NCBI GenBank assembly: GCA_964405015.1
Contig: CAYOME010000003.1
Location: forward strand, 11,359 to 75,358
Direction: 5' to 3'
DNA length: 64,000 bases
From: an uncultured Candidatus Saccharibacteria bacterium
GTDB lineage: Bacteria; Patescibacteriota; Dojkabacteria; SC72
The translations under genes were made by a program, and so were the position numbers. Below are positions 1 to 10,555 of the stretch, piece by piece (position 1 is the stretch's first letter; each line of letters opens with the position of its first letter). The notes below the pieces were generated by a model that was given only the letters and a program-made list of their open reading frames with translations, was not told where the DNA came from and did no database searches.

Positions 1-123
1 TTTTCTTCTTTATTTAGTGACATATATTCTAGATTAACACTATATATTTATTTTTACAATACTCTCCAAAGGAGAACGCGAGACCTATTTTATATGCTTA
101 TAGGGTAATTGTCAAACTTTTCC

Positions 124-1680
124 CTATCTAGCCACCTTATAGCAGTAAAGCTCATCGCCTTCTTGTACCTCAACGTTGGTATTAAGAATTGCTCCACACT
201 CTTCACCCTGCTTTACCTCGGATACCACATCTTTGTTTTTTCTCAAAGACTTTATCTTTGATTCACCAACTATTTCATCATTTCTTACAACATAGCACTT
301 ACAATCTCTCTTAAGAATTCCCTCCTTAACTCTTGAACCTAGTACTTTCGATCCATCTGTAAGAGTGATAATCATTTTGACTACAGCATTACCAATTTCT
401 TCTTCAGTTTGATCTGGTGCAGCTATCATATCCAATGCTCCCTCTACCTCTTCTATGAGTTTGTAGATAATGGAATATGTTCTTACTAATACACCACTTT
501 TTCTAGCAATCTCTTCTACACCTTTTTCAAAGTTTACTTCAAAACCAAGTAAGATTGCTTTAGAAAGCTTTGCCATCTCAACATCTTTCAAAGAAATATC
601 TCCAGCTCCAGAGAGTATTACCTTGACAGAATATTCTTCATTTTTTAATTTACTCAAAGATTTCTCAATAGCTTCTAAAGATCCTTCAGAGGAACTCTTA
701 AGGATTACATTTAGATATTTCTCACCTTCCTCTTTCTCTTCGGTAAATATATCTCCAAAGAAATCGTCCTCAGCAAGACTTTTTTCTTCTTCTACTACCT
801 CTTTTTTGTAAAGAGATGATATTAAAGATTCATCATTTCTTTCTAAGATATATACTTGTGAACCTACAGGTATTAATTCAGAAAGGCCTAATACTCTACC
901 ACCATATCCACAGTACAAATCACAAACGTTCTCTCCCTCTTCAGAGATAATTCCCTTTACTTTCTCTATCTTTACCTTCCCATCGTCCATATATCCTAAC
1001 CATGAACCTTTACATAGGTCTCCAGAGGTAAGTACTAGGGTAGAAATATTACCCTTGGAATGATCTTTTACTGATTCTAAAACAAAAGCCTTTGCAACTA
1101 CACCATCAAGTAATTCTCCCCTATCTTGTAATCCTTCAACATCAGCAACAAGAGATATTAAATCCAACAGTTCAGGAATACCTTTACCTGTTTTACCAGA
1201 AACCTCAATAACTGGGACATTTCCACCCATACCTTCGATTAGTAGACCATTGTTTACAAGATCTCTCTTTATCTTTGCTAAATCTACATCAGGTAAATCA
1301 CACTTGTTAATAGCTACAATTGGCTTAGCAGTAGAATTTTTAATAATTTCGATAGATTCAATAGTTTGAGGCTTAACACCATCATTTCCAGCAACTACTA
1401 ATATTACAATATCTGCAATAGAACCACCTCTTAGTCTCATTAGGTCAAAAGCCTCATGGCCAGGAGTATCTATAAAGGTAATCTTTTTACTAATATCACT
1501 GTTAGGAGATATAGTAAAAACAGAAATCTTCTGAGTAATACCACCAGCTTCACAACTTTGGACATTACTCTTTCTAATGTAGTCTAAGATTGTAGTTTTT
1601 CCATGATCAACATGACCCAAGATTGTTACAATTGGAACTCTCTCCAAACCTGTTTTTTTTACATTACCTTTCTGAGCCAT
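124..1680 (-). CDS. infB: Translation initiation factor IF-2 (short form, 518 aa)
   Basis: GTP-binding G1 motif GHVDHGKTT and DTPGH; IF-2 domain order G-II-C is alignable. Lacks the long N-terminal region of enterobacterial IF-2. Confidence 0.9.
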   Translation of the reverse strand: MAQKGNVKKTGLERVPIVTILGHVDHGKTTILDYIRKSNVQSCEAGGITQKISVFTISPNSDISKKITFIDTPGHEAFDLMRLRGGSIADIVILVVAGNDGVKPQTIESIEIIKNSTAKPIVAINKCDLPDVDLAKIKRDLVNNGLLIEGMGGNVPVIEVSGKTGKGIPELLDLISLVADVEGLQDRGELLDGVVAKAFVLESVKDHSKGNISTLVLTSGDLCKGSWLGYMDDGKVKIEKVKGIISEEGENVCDLYCGYGGRVLGLSELIPVGSQVYILERNDESLISSLYKKEVVEEEKSLAEDDFFGDIFTEEKEEGEKYLNVILKSSSEGSLEAIEKSLSKLKNEEYSVKVILSGAGDISLKDVEMAKLSKAILLGFEVNFEKGVEEIARKSGVLVRTYSIIYKLIEEVEGALDMIAAPDQTEEEIGNAVVKMIITLTDGSKVLGSRVKEGILKRDCKCYVVRNDEIVGESKIKSLRKNKDVVSEVKQGEECGAILNTNVEVQEGDELYCYKVAR

Positions 1681-1706
1681 GTATAGTTTTACCTTTTAAG
1701 TATAAA

Positions 1707-2930
1707 TTACTCTTTTACTGAATCTTCAACTACCTCTTCTACCTTTTCCTCAACTGCTGTATCTTCAACTACTTCCTCAATCTTTTCTTCTACTACAGCA
1801 TCCTCTACGACTTCTTCTGCAGTTTGTTCTGCATACTCTTCAACAACATCTTTGCTCTCTTCTGCTTCTGCTTCTTCTCCACCTACTCCAACAATATCAA
1901 TCTTAGTTTCTGTTAACTTCCATGCTAATCTAACATTTTGACCATCCCTACCAATTGCCAAAGACAATTGATCAGAAGGACATTCAACAGTTGCAGTATT
2001 ACCAGAAATTTTTACAGAATCCACCTTCGCTGGACTCAATGCATTTGCTACAAATTTCTCTAACTCCTCATCCCATTCTATTATATCAATCTTCTCTTCT
2101 CCTAATTCATTCATTACGTTAGCAATACGAATACCTCTTTGTCCAACACATGAACCAATAGGGTCGATACCTTCCTGATGAGATACTACAGCAATCTTAC
2201 TTCTAGATCCAGCCTCACGAGCAACAGCTTTAATTTCAACAACACCAGATTCAATCTCAGGTACTTCTAATTTGAACAGTTCAATTAAGAACTTAGGATC
2301 AGATCTTGATACAACAATCTGAGAATCATCAATACTTTTCAACAAAACTTTGTATCTTTCTCCAACTCTGTAGAATTCATTTGAAATCTGTTCCTCTTGT
2401 GGCATTAAAGCAGTAGCTTTACCAATTTCCATTACAGCCGCACCTTTTTGCATTCTCTGCATCAAAGCAGTATATACCTCTCCAACCTTATCACTAAATT
2501 CACTAATAACTGCATCCTTTTCTGATTCTCTAATCTTTTGCAAAAGTACTTGCTTTGCAGTCTGTGTAGCAATCCTACCAAGGTCATCATATGGCATCTC
2601 TATCTGTACAGAGTCACCAATTTCAACACTTGGAGAAATTAATTCAGCTTCACTTAATGCAATCTCCCTGTCATTGTCTTTTACTTTCTTTACAACAATC
2701 TTTGAGGCAAAGAGCTTAAACTCACCTGTCTCTCTGTCTACTTCTGAGAAAAGATTGTCACCTAACTTCTCATCGATGATTTCATCATCTCTGTCAGATC
2801 TACCAAATCTCTCTTTTTTTACTGCACTTAATATTGCAGACTCTAATGCTTTAAATACCTCTTCCTTGTCTATACCTCTTTCAGCTGCAATTTGATTAAT
2901 AGCTGCAACTAATTCTGATGTCATTGCCAT
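1707..2930 (-). CDS. nusA: Transcription termination/antitermination factor NusA
   Basis: N-terminal MTSELVAAINQIAAERGI, S1 and KH regions (GSRSKIAVVS..GIDPIGSCVGQRGIRI) match NusA. Start moved to the ATG at 2930 (MAMTSELV...) because the upstream 32 codons of the ORF are hydrophobic filler. Acidic EEVVED-type C-terminal repeat tail. Confidence 0.85.
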   Translation of the reverse strand: MAMTSELVAAINQIAAERGIDKEEVFKALESAILSAVKKERFGRSDRDDEIIDEKLGDNLFSEVDRETGEFKLFASKIVVKKVKDNDREIALSEAELISPSVEIGDSVQIEMPYDDLGRIATQTAKQVLLQKIRESEKDAVISEFSDKVGEVYTALMQRMQKGAAVMEIGKATALMPQEEQISNEFYRVGERYKVLLKSIDDSQIVVSRSDPKFLIELFKLEVPEIESGVVEIKAVAREAGSRSKIAVVSHQEGIDPIGSCVGQRGIRIANVMNELGEEKIDIIEWDEELEKFVANALSPAKVDSVKISGNTATVECPSDQLSLAIGRDGQNVRLAWKLTETKIDIVGVGGEEAEAEESKDVVEEYAEQTAEEVVEDAVVEEKIEEVVEDTAVEEKVEEVVEDSVKE

Positions 2931-2964
2931 ATATGTGAATATGAAAAATAAAATAATCTTTTCT

Positions 2965-2992
2965 AAAAAAAAGGTGAGACTTTCGCCCCACC
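2965..2992 (-). terminator. Putative rho-independent terminator or attenuator between dnaJ and nusA
   Basis: On the minus strand, GGTGGGGC-GAAA-GTCTCACC (8-bp stem including 2 G:U pairs, GNRA loop) is followed by a U8 run, 55 nt after the dnaJ stop. Only about 34 nt remain before the nusA start, so it may act as an attenuator. Confidence 0.35.
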
Positions 2993-3047
2993 CTCTCTTT
3001 ATAACTTCTATAATTGATAATACCAAATATATTTCAGTATGTAAACC

Positions 3048-4127
3048 TTACACCTTACCAAGTTCTTCCCAAAGTTCTCTTTCCTTCTTGTTCAAACGCT
3101 TAGGGATATCAACCTCAATACGAATATACAAATCTCCCTTCGCATTCTCTTTACCTAAGATTGGAGATCCTTCATTTTTAATTCTAAATACTGTTCCAGA
3201 TTGAGTACCACTTGGTATCTTTAACTTCACTTTTTCTTCTACAGTAGATACCTGTATATTCCCACCTAACACCGCAACATGAACAGGAATACTTTCAATT
3301 GAATAAAGATCATTACCCCTTCTTTCAAACGAAGCTGAAGGCTCTACCTCTACTTCAATATACAAATCTCCATACTCTCCTCCCAAAGAAGCATTGCCTC
3401 CCTCTCTAAATTTCAAAACCATTCCATCATATGCACCAGCAGGAATCCTTACCTTTAGGTCTTCCGTATTAGACTGAATACCGCTACCAGAACACTTACT
3501 ACATACATTCTCAGGTATACTACCCATACCTCTACATTTAGAACACTCTGCCATCACAGCAATTTGACCTAAGAAACTGTTTTGAACTCTTCTTTCTCGT
3601 CCAGAGCCATTACATACATCACAAGTTTTCCTTTTTCCAGATTCACTTCCAGAGCCATTACATTTTGAGCAAGGGATATTTCTCTTAATACCAATCTTAA
3701 ACTCACCACCCTTGATTGCCTCCTTAAAGGAGACCTTTACCCTATACCTAATATCCTCACCCATACTCCTCCTTGTCCTACTTTGCGATTCTCCGAAACC
3801 AAATCCTCCCATATCACCACCAAAGAAAGAATTGAATATATCACCCATATCAAAAGGTGCTCCACCATATGAAGAATATCCTCCATTAGATCCTGGGTTA
3901 AACCCTTGGGTACCTGCATGACCATATTGATCATATGCATTCCTTTTAGATTCATCAGAAAGTACCTCATATGCTTCTTGTACTTCTTTGAACTTCTCTT
4001 CAGAATCATCTCCTTTGTTGACATCAGGATGATATTTTTTTACCAATTTCCTGTACGCCTTCTTTATCTCTTCTTTTTTTGCATCCTTTGATATTCCAAG
4101 GACTTCATAGTAATCTCTTTTGCTCAT
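3048..4127 (-). CDS. dnaJ: Chaperone DnaJ (Hsp40)
   Basis: J domain [35 protein letters not shown], Gly/Phe-rich linker and four CxxCxGxG zinc-finger repeats ([32 protein letters not shown]). Start set at MSKRDYY (4127). Confidence 0.85.
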   Translation of the reverse strand: MSKRDYYEVLGISKDAKKEEIKKAYRKLVKKYHPDVNKGDDSEEKFKEVQEAYEVLSDESKRNAYDQYGHAGTQGFNPGSNGGYSSYGGAPFDMGDIFNSFFGGDMGGFGFGESQSRTRRSMGEDIRYRVKVSFKEAIKGGEFKIGIKRNIPCSKCNGSGSESGKRKTCDVCNGSGRERRVQNSFLGQIAVMAECSKCRGMGSIPENVCSKCSGSGIQSNTEDLKVRIPAGAYDGMVLKFREGGNASLGGEYGDLYIEVEVEPSASFERRGNDLYSIESIPVHVAVLGGNIQVSTVEEKVKLKIPSGTQSGTVFRIKNEGSPILGKENAKGDLYIRIEVDIPKRLNKKERELWEELGKV

Positions 4128-4157
4128 GGCTACAATTCTAGCAAACAATTCGAAAGA

Positions 4158-5000
4158 GTGCCAAGAGAAATGACATACTTTTTTTTAATTGATAAGATGG
4201 TGAGCATGGATAACAATATGGAAATATCTGTTCAAGAAGAAGCAAAGATAAAGAAGGTAAAAAAAACCTTAGCTTGGATATTAACCTTCATAGGGATATT
4301 TGTGGTATTCACACAAGTATTTCCACTCAGTAAATCCTACCTAGAAGGAGAGTTTGAGATCCTTAAACAAAAACTAATGATGGATCCTTTTCCTGATTCA
4401 TACAAAGAATATATTCAAAATGAATTTGCATATTACGATCCTGGTAAAAGTTACTTTGCGAACCTTTCAAACTCAGCAGAGACCTTAGAATATCAAGGAG
4501 TATTTACATATGACCCTAATACAAAAACAAGTAAAGCCATCGTTGTTAATAAAGAATATTCAACAAATATGTATATTAGTATAAATAGTATTGGAATAGA
4601 GAACATACGTATAACCCCAAATGTTGATAGCTCCAAGGAAGAAATATATGACAAATTTCTTAAATATGGTCTAGCCCACTTTAGAGGAACTCCACTTCCA
4701 GGAGATGGTGGTAACTCATTCATATATGGCCACAGTGCAGTAGAGAACTTCTTTAACAAACATTCTAATCTTCCAGAAACAATATTTACGAAATTAGATG
4801 ATATAGATATAGGTGAAGAAGTGAAAATAAAAAAGGATGGAATAGAACTTAAATATATTGTAAGAAATAAAAAGATAGTATCTCCAGAAGATTTTTCCAT
4901 ACTTAAAAGCCAAGGAGACAAGGAAACAATTACCATGATGACCTGTTGGCCACTTGGTGTTGGTACAAAGAGACTCATTGTAGTAGCAGAAAGACTCTAA
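4158..5000 (+). CDS. Sortase-family transpeptidase (membrane anchored)
   Basis: N-terminal TM segment. Catalytic-domain motifs in the expected order: FIYGHS (His), TMMTCWP (TLxTC-type Cys) and downstream GVGTKRLIV (conserved Arg). Confidence 0.65.
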   Translation: MPREMTYFFLIDKMVSMDNNMEISVQEEAKIKKVKKTLAWILTFIGIFVVFTQVFPLSKSYLEGEFEILKQKLMMDPFPDSYKEYIQNEFAYYDPGKSYFANLSNSAETLEYQGVFTYDPNTKTSKAIVVNKEYSTNMYISINSIGIENIRITPNVDSSKEEIYDKFLKYGLAHFRGTPLPGDGGNSFIYGHSAVENFFNKHSNLPETIFTKLDDIDIGEEVKIKKDGIELKYIVRNKKIVSPEDFSILKSQGDKETITMMTCWPLGVGTKRLIVVAERL

Positions 5001-5010
5001 TTTTTGTACA

Positions 5011-6360
5011 ATGAAATACATGAAAAACGATCAGAAAAAGTTAGTAATAATTCTTACAGGAGTTGTTGTTGTATTAATAATCTTAATAATCATTGCTGCT
5101 ATTGTTCTTTCCAATAAATCAAAGGATAAAGGTGACGGAAATGAAGAAGTTCCTACATCTGTAGAGTTAATATATTGGGGGCTTTGGGAACCAGAAGATG
5201 TCATACAACCAATAATCGATGAATACGAGGATGAGAATCCTGGCGTAAAAATCTTGTATTCTCAACAGGCTTTCAAAAACTACGAAAGCAGAGCATATAC
5301 AAGACTTCAACAATCAACTAGTTCTGTAGAACCAGCTCCAGATATTTTAAGGATAAATAATACATGGGTACCAAAATTTCAGAAATTTTTAAGCCCTGTT
5401 CCAAACGATATATTCACAGTCTCTGATTACGAAGAACAGTTCTACCCTACCGCTGTAGATGACTTTACTGGATCAGATGGGAATCTGTATGCAATACCAT
5501 GGGAAATTGATGGACTCTTGCTCATCTACAACAAGCAATTACTCTCTCAAGAAGGATATCAAGAACCTCCTGCAGATTGGGATTCCTTAATGGAAGCTGC
5601 TACCAAACTTACAAAAAAGGATGGTAGTGGAAAGATTACTCAGTCAGGGTTAGCAATAGGTACTTCAAGAAATATTACTCATTCTGCGGATATTCTCAGC
5701 TTCATGATGCTTCAAAACAATGCAACCATAATGAATAGTAGTAGAAATCAAGCAAACATTACTTCAGAAAGAGCGGTATCAGCATTAACAACATATACTA
5801 GCTTTGCAACTGGTGAAAACCCATCATGGGCACCATATTTAGCAAACGACCTTTCAATGTTCTTTCAGGGTAAACTAGCAATAATGTTTGCACCTAGCTG
5901 GAGAGCCTTTGATATAATTGAGGCTGCTCCTCAAATTGAATTTGGATTAGCTCCACTACCTCAGTTACCAAACAATGATCCTGTTTACTACTCAATGTAC
6001 TGGGGAGATACTGTTAGTAAAACAAGCCAAAATAGTAAAGAAGCTTGGAAGTTTGTAAATTACTTAAGTCAACCAGAACAACAGAAAAAACTTTTCGCTA
6101 ACTCATCAAAGATAAGGGCATTTGGAGAACCATACTCAAGAGTTAGCATGAATTCTGAACTCCTTGCGAACCCATATACAAAAGCAATGGGAGTAATGGC
6201 TCCAAATATGAAAGCATGGCAAATGGGAGATCAAGGCTTTGTAGAAGAATTACTTAGAGATTCAATAACCCAAGTAATTGAAAATGACAAAGATCCAAAG
6301 AGTGTATTAACCAGTATAGAAAAGGAGATTAATGATCAACTTGCAGTTACTAATAAATAA
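5011..6360 (+). CDS. ABC transporter extracellular solute-binding protein (family 1, sugar-type), TM-anchored
   Basis: N-terminal hydrophobic anchor, then LIYWGLWEPEDV...ENPGVKI...YNKQLL and other blocks typical of SBP_bac_1 proteins. Confidence 0.65.
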   Translation: MKYMKNDQKKLVIILTGVVVVLIILIIIAAIVLSNKSKDKGDGNEEVPTSVELIYWGLWEPEDVIQPIIDEYEDENPGVKILYSQQAFKNYESRAYTRLQQSTSSVEPAPDILRINNTWVPKFQKFLSPVPNDIFTVSDYEEQFYPTAVDDFTGSDGNLYAIPWEIDGLLLIYNKQLLSQEGYQEPPADWDSLMEAATKLTKKDGSGKITQSGLAIGTSRNITHSADILSFMMLQNNATIMNSSRNQANITSERAVSALTTYTSFATGENPSWAPYLANDLSMFFQGKLAIMFAPSWRAFDIIEAAPQIEFGLAPLPQLPNNDPVYYSMYWGDTVSKTSQNSKEAWKFVNYLSQPEQQKKLFANSSKIRAFGEPYSRVSMNSELLANPYTKAMGVMAPNMKAWQMGDQGFVEELLRDSITQVIENDKDPKSVLTSIEKEINDQLAVTNK

Positions 6361-6377
6361 CCATTAATATATATCTA

Positions 6378-8306
6378 ATGATTCGAAATACTGCCCCAAG
6401 GAAAAGTAAAAAAAGGAAGAGTTTGTTTCTTACATTCCTCCTTCTTCTCTCTTTACCAATATTTGTATATGGTCTTTTACAAGACAATAATTTTGATATT
6501 AGAAATCAAGCGTTTGATGATGTGGAAGTAAGTGAAGACTACCCTTGTGTAATTTCTTTCCCAAGTGTTAACCCATACTCTTTAGAAGTAAACAACTCAT
6601 TCAGAGTTCAGGTAGATGCACTTTCTACAACACTGGGTATACAAGGTCTCTCCATTAAAGATGACAAAGGGAATGATATCTTCGTAAAAACATATACAGA
6701 CAATTTACCAAAGAAAATATCTGAGTCTTTCATATTTACACCAACAATAGCTAAATCATATGATTTTAATGGCTTAATGCTTGATGTAAACAAGAAGAGT
6801 TACCAATGCGTTATAAGTAGTACATATGATGTAGGAGGAGTAAGAGCAGTATCTAACAACTCAAAACCATTTTTTACTAGTTCACCAAAGAATTCAAAAC
6901 CATCACAAAGTATAAAAACGGGAGAGCTGTATGAATATACAATGGTAGCAGAAGATATAGATAAAGATACAATAAACTACTCATATTCCTTTACCTCTAA
7001 TGCAGATTGGCTGAGAGCAACAATTGTTGATGATGGAGGTAATGGTAAATTAACAATAAAGTTTACAGGCTCAACAACAAAAGCAGCTAGCTACTTAGCA
7101 AATGTATTCATACATGATGGATATAGTAAACATCTAGCATCTCAATCATGGGTCATTAGTGTAAGTCCAAAAGAAAATGACATACCACAAGTAAAGTTTG
7201 TGTCTCCTGTAGAACCAGTAAATATTACTACAGAGGATACTCTTGAATTAATATGGGATGCTCAAGATAATAACCACATTGTAAAGTATGAGCTATACCT
7301 TTCATCCAATCCTACGAATGAAGAAAGTTGGATTACTGTAAACAAAGAAATACCCTACAATCAAACCTCATATGTCTTAGATACAACACAATACAAAGAT
7401 GGTACATACAAAGCTGTAATTAGGGCATTAGATAATCAAAAACCAGCAGCGATAGGTATGGATGTATCTGAAGAGATAATAATTGCTAAGGGACAACAAG
7501 AAGGTAAACTCCCTGACGATCAAGTATTAATTGATCAACCCCAGGTTATAAACATCTCTCCAACAAGCTCCGATGAGATTAAAAACAAAAGACCCACTAT
7601 CAAAGCAACTTTACTCTCTTCTAAGGACCATCAAGTAATTCAAGAAAGTATCATCGTAAAGTTAGACAACAAAGATATTACAGACCAAATTAAGATTAAT
7701 AAAATATCTGAGACAGAATATACAGTAATATACATACCACAAGAAGATCTTTCCGGTGGATTACACAAAGTAGATATTACATTCAAAGATACAAGTGAAA
7801 AAGAAATAAACAAGAATTGGACATTTAATATCACAGGTGATGACAAAGATAGCGACACTTTCAATATCTTTGGATACAGCATTAGTAAAAGAATTGCATT
7901 AATAATTGCGGGAGGAATAGCATTAGTTGTATTAGCAATATTTACACCAATGATAATATTTGCCGTATGGAAAGATGATAGCGAAAAGAAAGAAGATAGG
8001 AATCCAACCCTTCCACCAACAATACCTACTAATCAACCTGAGATGATTACAAACGAGGTATACACTCAAGCAACACCAGTAGAGAAACTAACTAATGATA
8101 ACGAAATTCAAAAGGAGCAAGAACCAATATCACAAATCCAAGAAATACCCCAACCAGAAGTTCAGCAGATACCCCCTGCTCAAGATCAACAAATATACAC
8201 GACAGTACCAGAACCAGAAGCAGACCTTTCTAACCTTTTAGAGCAGATTAATAATACTACAGATACTGAGAATAAGGATTCAAATCCTCCAGAGCCAATA
8301 TTGTAA
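6378..8306 (+). CDS. Large surface protein with Ig-like (He_PIG/Big-like) domains, C-terminal TM helix and Pro/Gln-rich tail
   Basis: Signal anchor, repeated beta-sandwich-like segments (e.g. ELYEYTMVAEDIDKDTINYSYSF), TM IALIIAGGIALVVLAIF near the C-terminus followed by a PTLPPTIPTNQPE...QIPPAQDQQ low-complexity tail. Confidence 0.5.
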   Translation: MIRNTAPRKSKKRKSLFLTFLLLLSLPIFVYGLLQDNNFDIRNQAFDDVEVSEDYPCVISFPSVNPYSLEVNNSFRVQVDALSTTLGIQGLSIKDDKGNDIFVKTYTDNLPKKISESFIFTPTIAKSYDFNGLMLDVNKKSYQCVISSTYDVGGVRAVSNNSKPFFTSSPKNSKPSQSIKTGELYEYTMVAEDIDKDTINYSYSFTSNADWLRATIVDDGGNGKLTIKFTGSTTKAASYLANVFIHDGYSKHLASQSWVISVSPKENDIPQVKFVSPVEPVNITTEDTLELIWDAQDNNHIVKYELYLSSNPTNEESWITVNKEIPYNQTSYVLDTTQYKDGTYKAVIRALDNQKPAAIGMDVSEEIIIAKGQQEGKLPDDQVLIDQPQVINISPTSSDEIKNKRPTIKATLLSSKDHQVIQESIIVKLDNKDITDQIKINKISETEYTVIYIPQEDLSGGLHKVDITFKDTSEKEINKNWTFNITGDDKDSDTFNIFGYSISKRIALIIAGGIALVVLAIFTPMIIFAVWKDDSEKKEDRNPTLPPTIPTNQPEMITNEVYTQATPVEKLTNDNEIQKEQEPISQIQEIPQPEVQQIPPAQDQQIYTTVPEPEADLSNLLEQINNTTDTENKDSNPPEPIL

Positions 8307-8351
8307 ATATCTTACTCGAATACTAAGGCTCCTTTTGATATAATCATCGGT

Positions 8352-10100
8352 ATGAAAAACCTTTCTTACAAAGAAATAAGAGATAGATATATAGCCTTTT
8401 TTGTTTCAAAAGGACATAAAGAAATACCAGGATCCACTCTTGTACCAGAAGATGACCCTTCTGTACTCTTTGTTAATGCAGGTATGTTTCCACTCGTACC
8501 TTTTCTTAAAGGCGAGAAACATCCTGAAGGAAATAGACTTACAAATTCTCAAAGATGTATTAGAACTGGTGATATAGATGAGGTAGGTGATCCATATCAC
8601 TGTACTGCATTCGAAATGCTTGGTAATTGGTCATTAAATGACTACTTCAAGAAAGAAGCCATAGAAATGACCATAGAATTCTTTACTAAAGAATTAGGTA
8701 TAGATATAGAGAGAATATATGGAACTGTTTTTAAAGGGGAAGGAAATATCCCAATTGATACAACATCAATAGATGTCTGGAAAGGAATTTTTGCTAAATA
8801 CAATATAGATGCAAAAGTTGGAGTAAATGAAAGAATAAGGCCATTAGGAAGAGAAGATAACTGGTGGGGACTAGCTTCTGGAGGACCATGTGGACCCGAT
8901 AGTGAAATATTTTACAAAACAGACAATGGTGAACTAGTAGAAATTGGTAATAACGTATTCATGGAATATCTTTTAGAAAATAACGAATACAAACCATTAG
9001 GAAGGCATAACGTAGATTTTGGAGGAGGACTAGATAGATTAACAGCAATATCTCAGAATGTAGATTCAATATTTGAAACAGATATTCTTAAACCAATATT
9101 TGAATATGTTAAATCAATTTCTAAAGTAGAAGATCTTAAATCTCAAAGAATAATTACTGATCATATAAAAGCATCCACATGGATAATAATGGATGGTATA
9201 AAACCTTCTAATACACAACAAGGATATATATTAAGAAGACTAATTCGAAGATCCGTAAGACATGGAAGGAAATTAGGTATAGAGAATAACTTTACAAAAG
9301 AAGTTGCAAATATTGCGATTGATCAATTCATGACCATATGGCCCAAATTAAAGGAAAAGAGAGACGAAATACTTTCAACCATATCTGAAGAAGAAATAAA
9401 GTTTAACAGAACTTTAGAAAATGGACTCAAAGAATTAGAAAAAACATTACAGAAAGAAGGTAATATTAATGGATCGAAAGCATTTCAATTGTACGAATCA
9501 TATGGATTACCAATAGAAGTAATAGAAGAAATACTCTCCGAGAAAGGTACTAATATTCTTCATAGAGAAGACTTTGTAAATGCACAGAAACAACATCAAG
9601 AGAAATCACGAACTGCATCTGCAGGAATGTTTAAAGGCGGTTTAGCAGATACATCAGAAACTACTACTAAATATCATACAACTACACACCTACTTTTGGC
9701 TGCACTTCGAAAAGTCCTAGGTGATCATGTATATCAAAAAGGAAGTAATATTACTTCTGAGAGATTAAGGCTTGATTTCCCTAATCAAGAGAAATTAACA
9801 GACCAACAAGTACAAGAAGTTGAAAATATTGTTAACAAAGCAATACAAGATGAATTAGAGGTCTCCTTTAAAGAATATTCCAAAGAGAAAGCTCTTGAAT
9901 TAGTACCATTTGCTGCTTTTGAAGAAAAATATGGAGATACGGTTAAAATATATACAGTTGGAGATATTAACAACCCCTACTCCAAAGAAATATGTAATGG
10001 ACCACATGTGGCAAATACTAAAGAATTAGGTACATTCAAAATTGTAAAACAAGAGAATGTAGGCTCTGGTATTAAAAGAATCAAAGGAATATTAATATAA
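8352..10100 (+). CDS. alaS: Alanyl-tRNA synthetase, short form lacking the C-terminal C-Ala domain
   Basis: N-terminal catalytic core aligns with AlaRS (FFVSKGH...LVPEDDPSVLFVNAGM...SQRCIRTGDIDEVG...FEMLGNWS). Editing-domain HxxxH (HTTTHLLLAAL) and CNGPHV motifs are present. 582 aa versus about 870 aa for canonical AlaRS. Confidence 0.8.
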   Translation: MKNLSYKEIRDRYIAFFVSKGHKEIPGSTLVPEDDPSVLFVNAGMFPLVPFLKGEKHPEGNRLTNSQRCIRTGDIDEVGDPYHCTAFEMLGNWSLNDYFKKEAIEMTIEFFTKELGIDIERIYGTVFKGEGNIPIDTTSIDVWKGIFAKYNIDAKVGVNERIRPLGREDNWWGLASGGPCGPDSEIFYKTDNGELVEIGNNVFMEYLLENNEYKPLGRHNVDFGGGLDRLTAISQNVDSIFETDILKPIFEYVKSISKVEDLKSQRIITDHIKASTWIIMDGIKPSNTQQGYILRRLIRRSVRHGRKLGIENNFTKEVANIAIDQFMTIWPKLKEKRDEILSTISEEEIKFNRTLENGLKELEKTLQKEGNINGSKAFQLYESYGLPIEVIEEILSEKGTNILHREDFVNAQKQHQEKSRTASAGMFKGGLADTSETTTKYHTTTHLLLAALRKVLGDHVYQKGSNITSERLRLDFPNQEKLTDQQVQEVENIVNKAIQDELEVSFKEYSKEKALELVPFAAFEEKYGDTVKIYTVGDINNPYSKEICNGPHVANTKELGTFKIVKQENVGSGIKRIKGILI

Positions 10101-10102
10101 CA

Positions 10103-10555
10103 ATGCAAATAGACAATCCCATACTAGCCATTGACTATGGCCAAAAAAGAATTGGTTTAGCAATATCAGATTCAAAAGGAATCATTGCATCTCCTTTGGA
10201 AGTACTCGAAAAAACTAAAAATCGAAACATAGATATATTAATAGAAGATATTCTAAACATAATTAAAGAGTACAGAGTCAAAACCATATTATTAGGATGT
10301 CCCCAAACATTCCAAGATAGCTACGAGAAATCAGAAAAAAAGATAAAGAAATTTGGTAACCTACTTCAAGAAAAGACGGACCTACAAATCATTTACCAAG
10401 ACGAAAGCTATTCTACCTCTGAAGCTCAAAATATGTTACTATCCCTAGGACAGAATACTAAGTCGACTAGACATAAGATAGACAAAATAGCTGCAACAGT
10501 ATTTCTTCAAGAATTTTTAAATTCGAAACAATCTACAAATGAAAACAATATTTAG
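10103..10555 (+). CDS. ruvX: YqgF/RuvX-like Holliday-junction resolvase-like nuclease (pre-16S rRNA nuclease)
   Basis: N-terminal LAIDYGQKRIGLAISD motif and size of about 150 aa. Conserved alaS-yqgF-mltG neighbourhood. Confidence 0.75.
   Translation: MQIDNPILAIDYGQKRIGLAISDSKGIIASPLEVLEKTKNRNIDILIEDILNIIKEYRVKTILLGCPQTFQDSYEKSEKKIKKFGNLLQEKTDLQIIYQDESYSTSEAQNMLLSLGQNTKSTRHKIDKIAATVFLQEFLNSKQSTNENNI

Noticed and set aside
60-123. Terminator hairpin downstream of infB (CTCC-AAA-GGAG)
   Set aside because: The stem is only 4-5 bp with a weak U-tract on the relevant strand. This is insufficient to call.
1707-1870. Imperfect tandem repeats at DNA level (repeated gaagaa/ctcttc-rich units)
   Set aside because: They encode the acidic (EEVVED)n C-terminal tail of NusA. 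There are no spacer-repeat periodicity or palindromic repeats, so this is not a CRISPR array.
3712-4091. ORFs 3712-3921(+), 3737-4024(-), 3906-4091(+) inside dnaJ
   Set aside because: They lie entirely within or antisense to the well-supported dnaJ frame. Their products are low-complexity or hydrophobic with no motif, so they are spurious.
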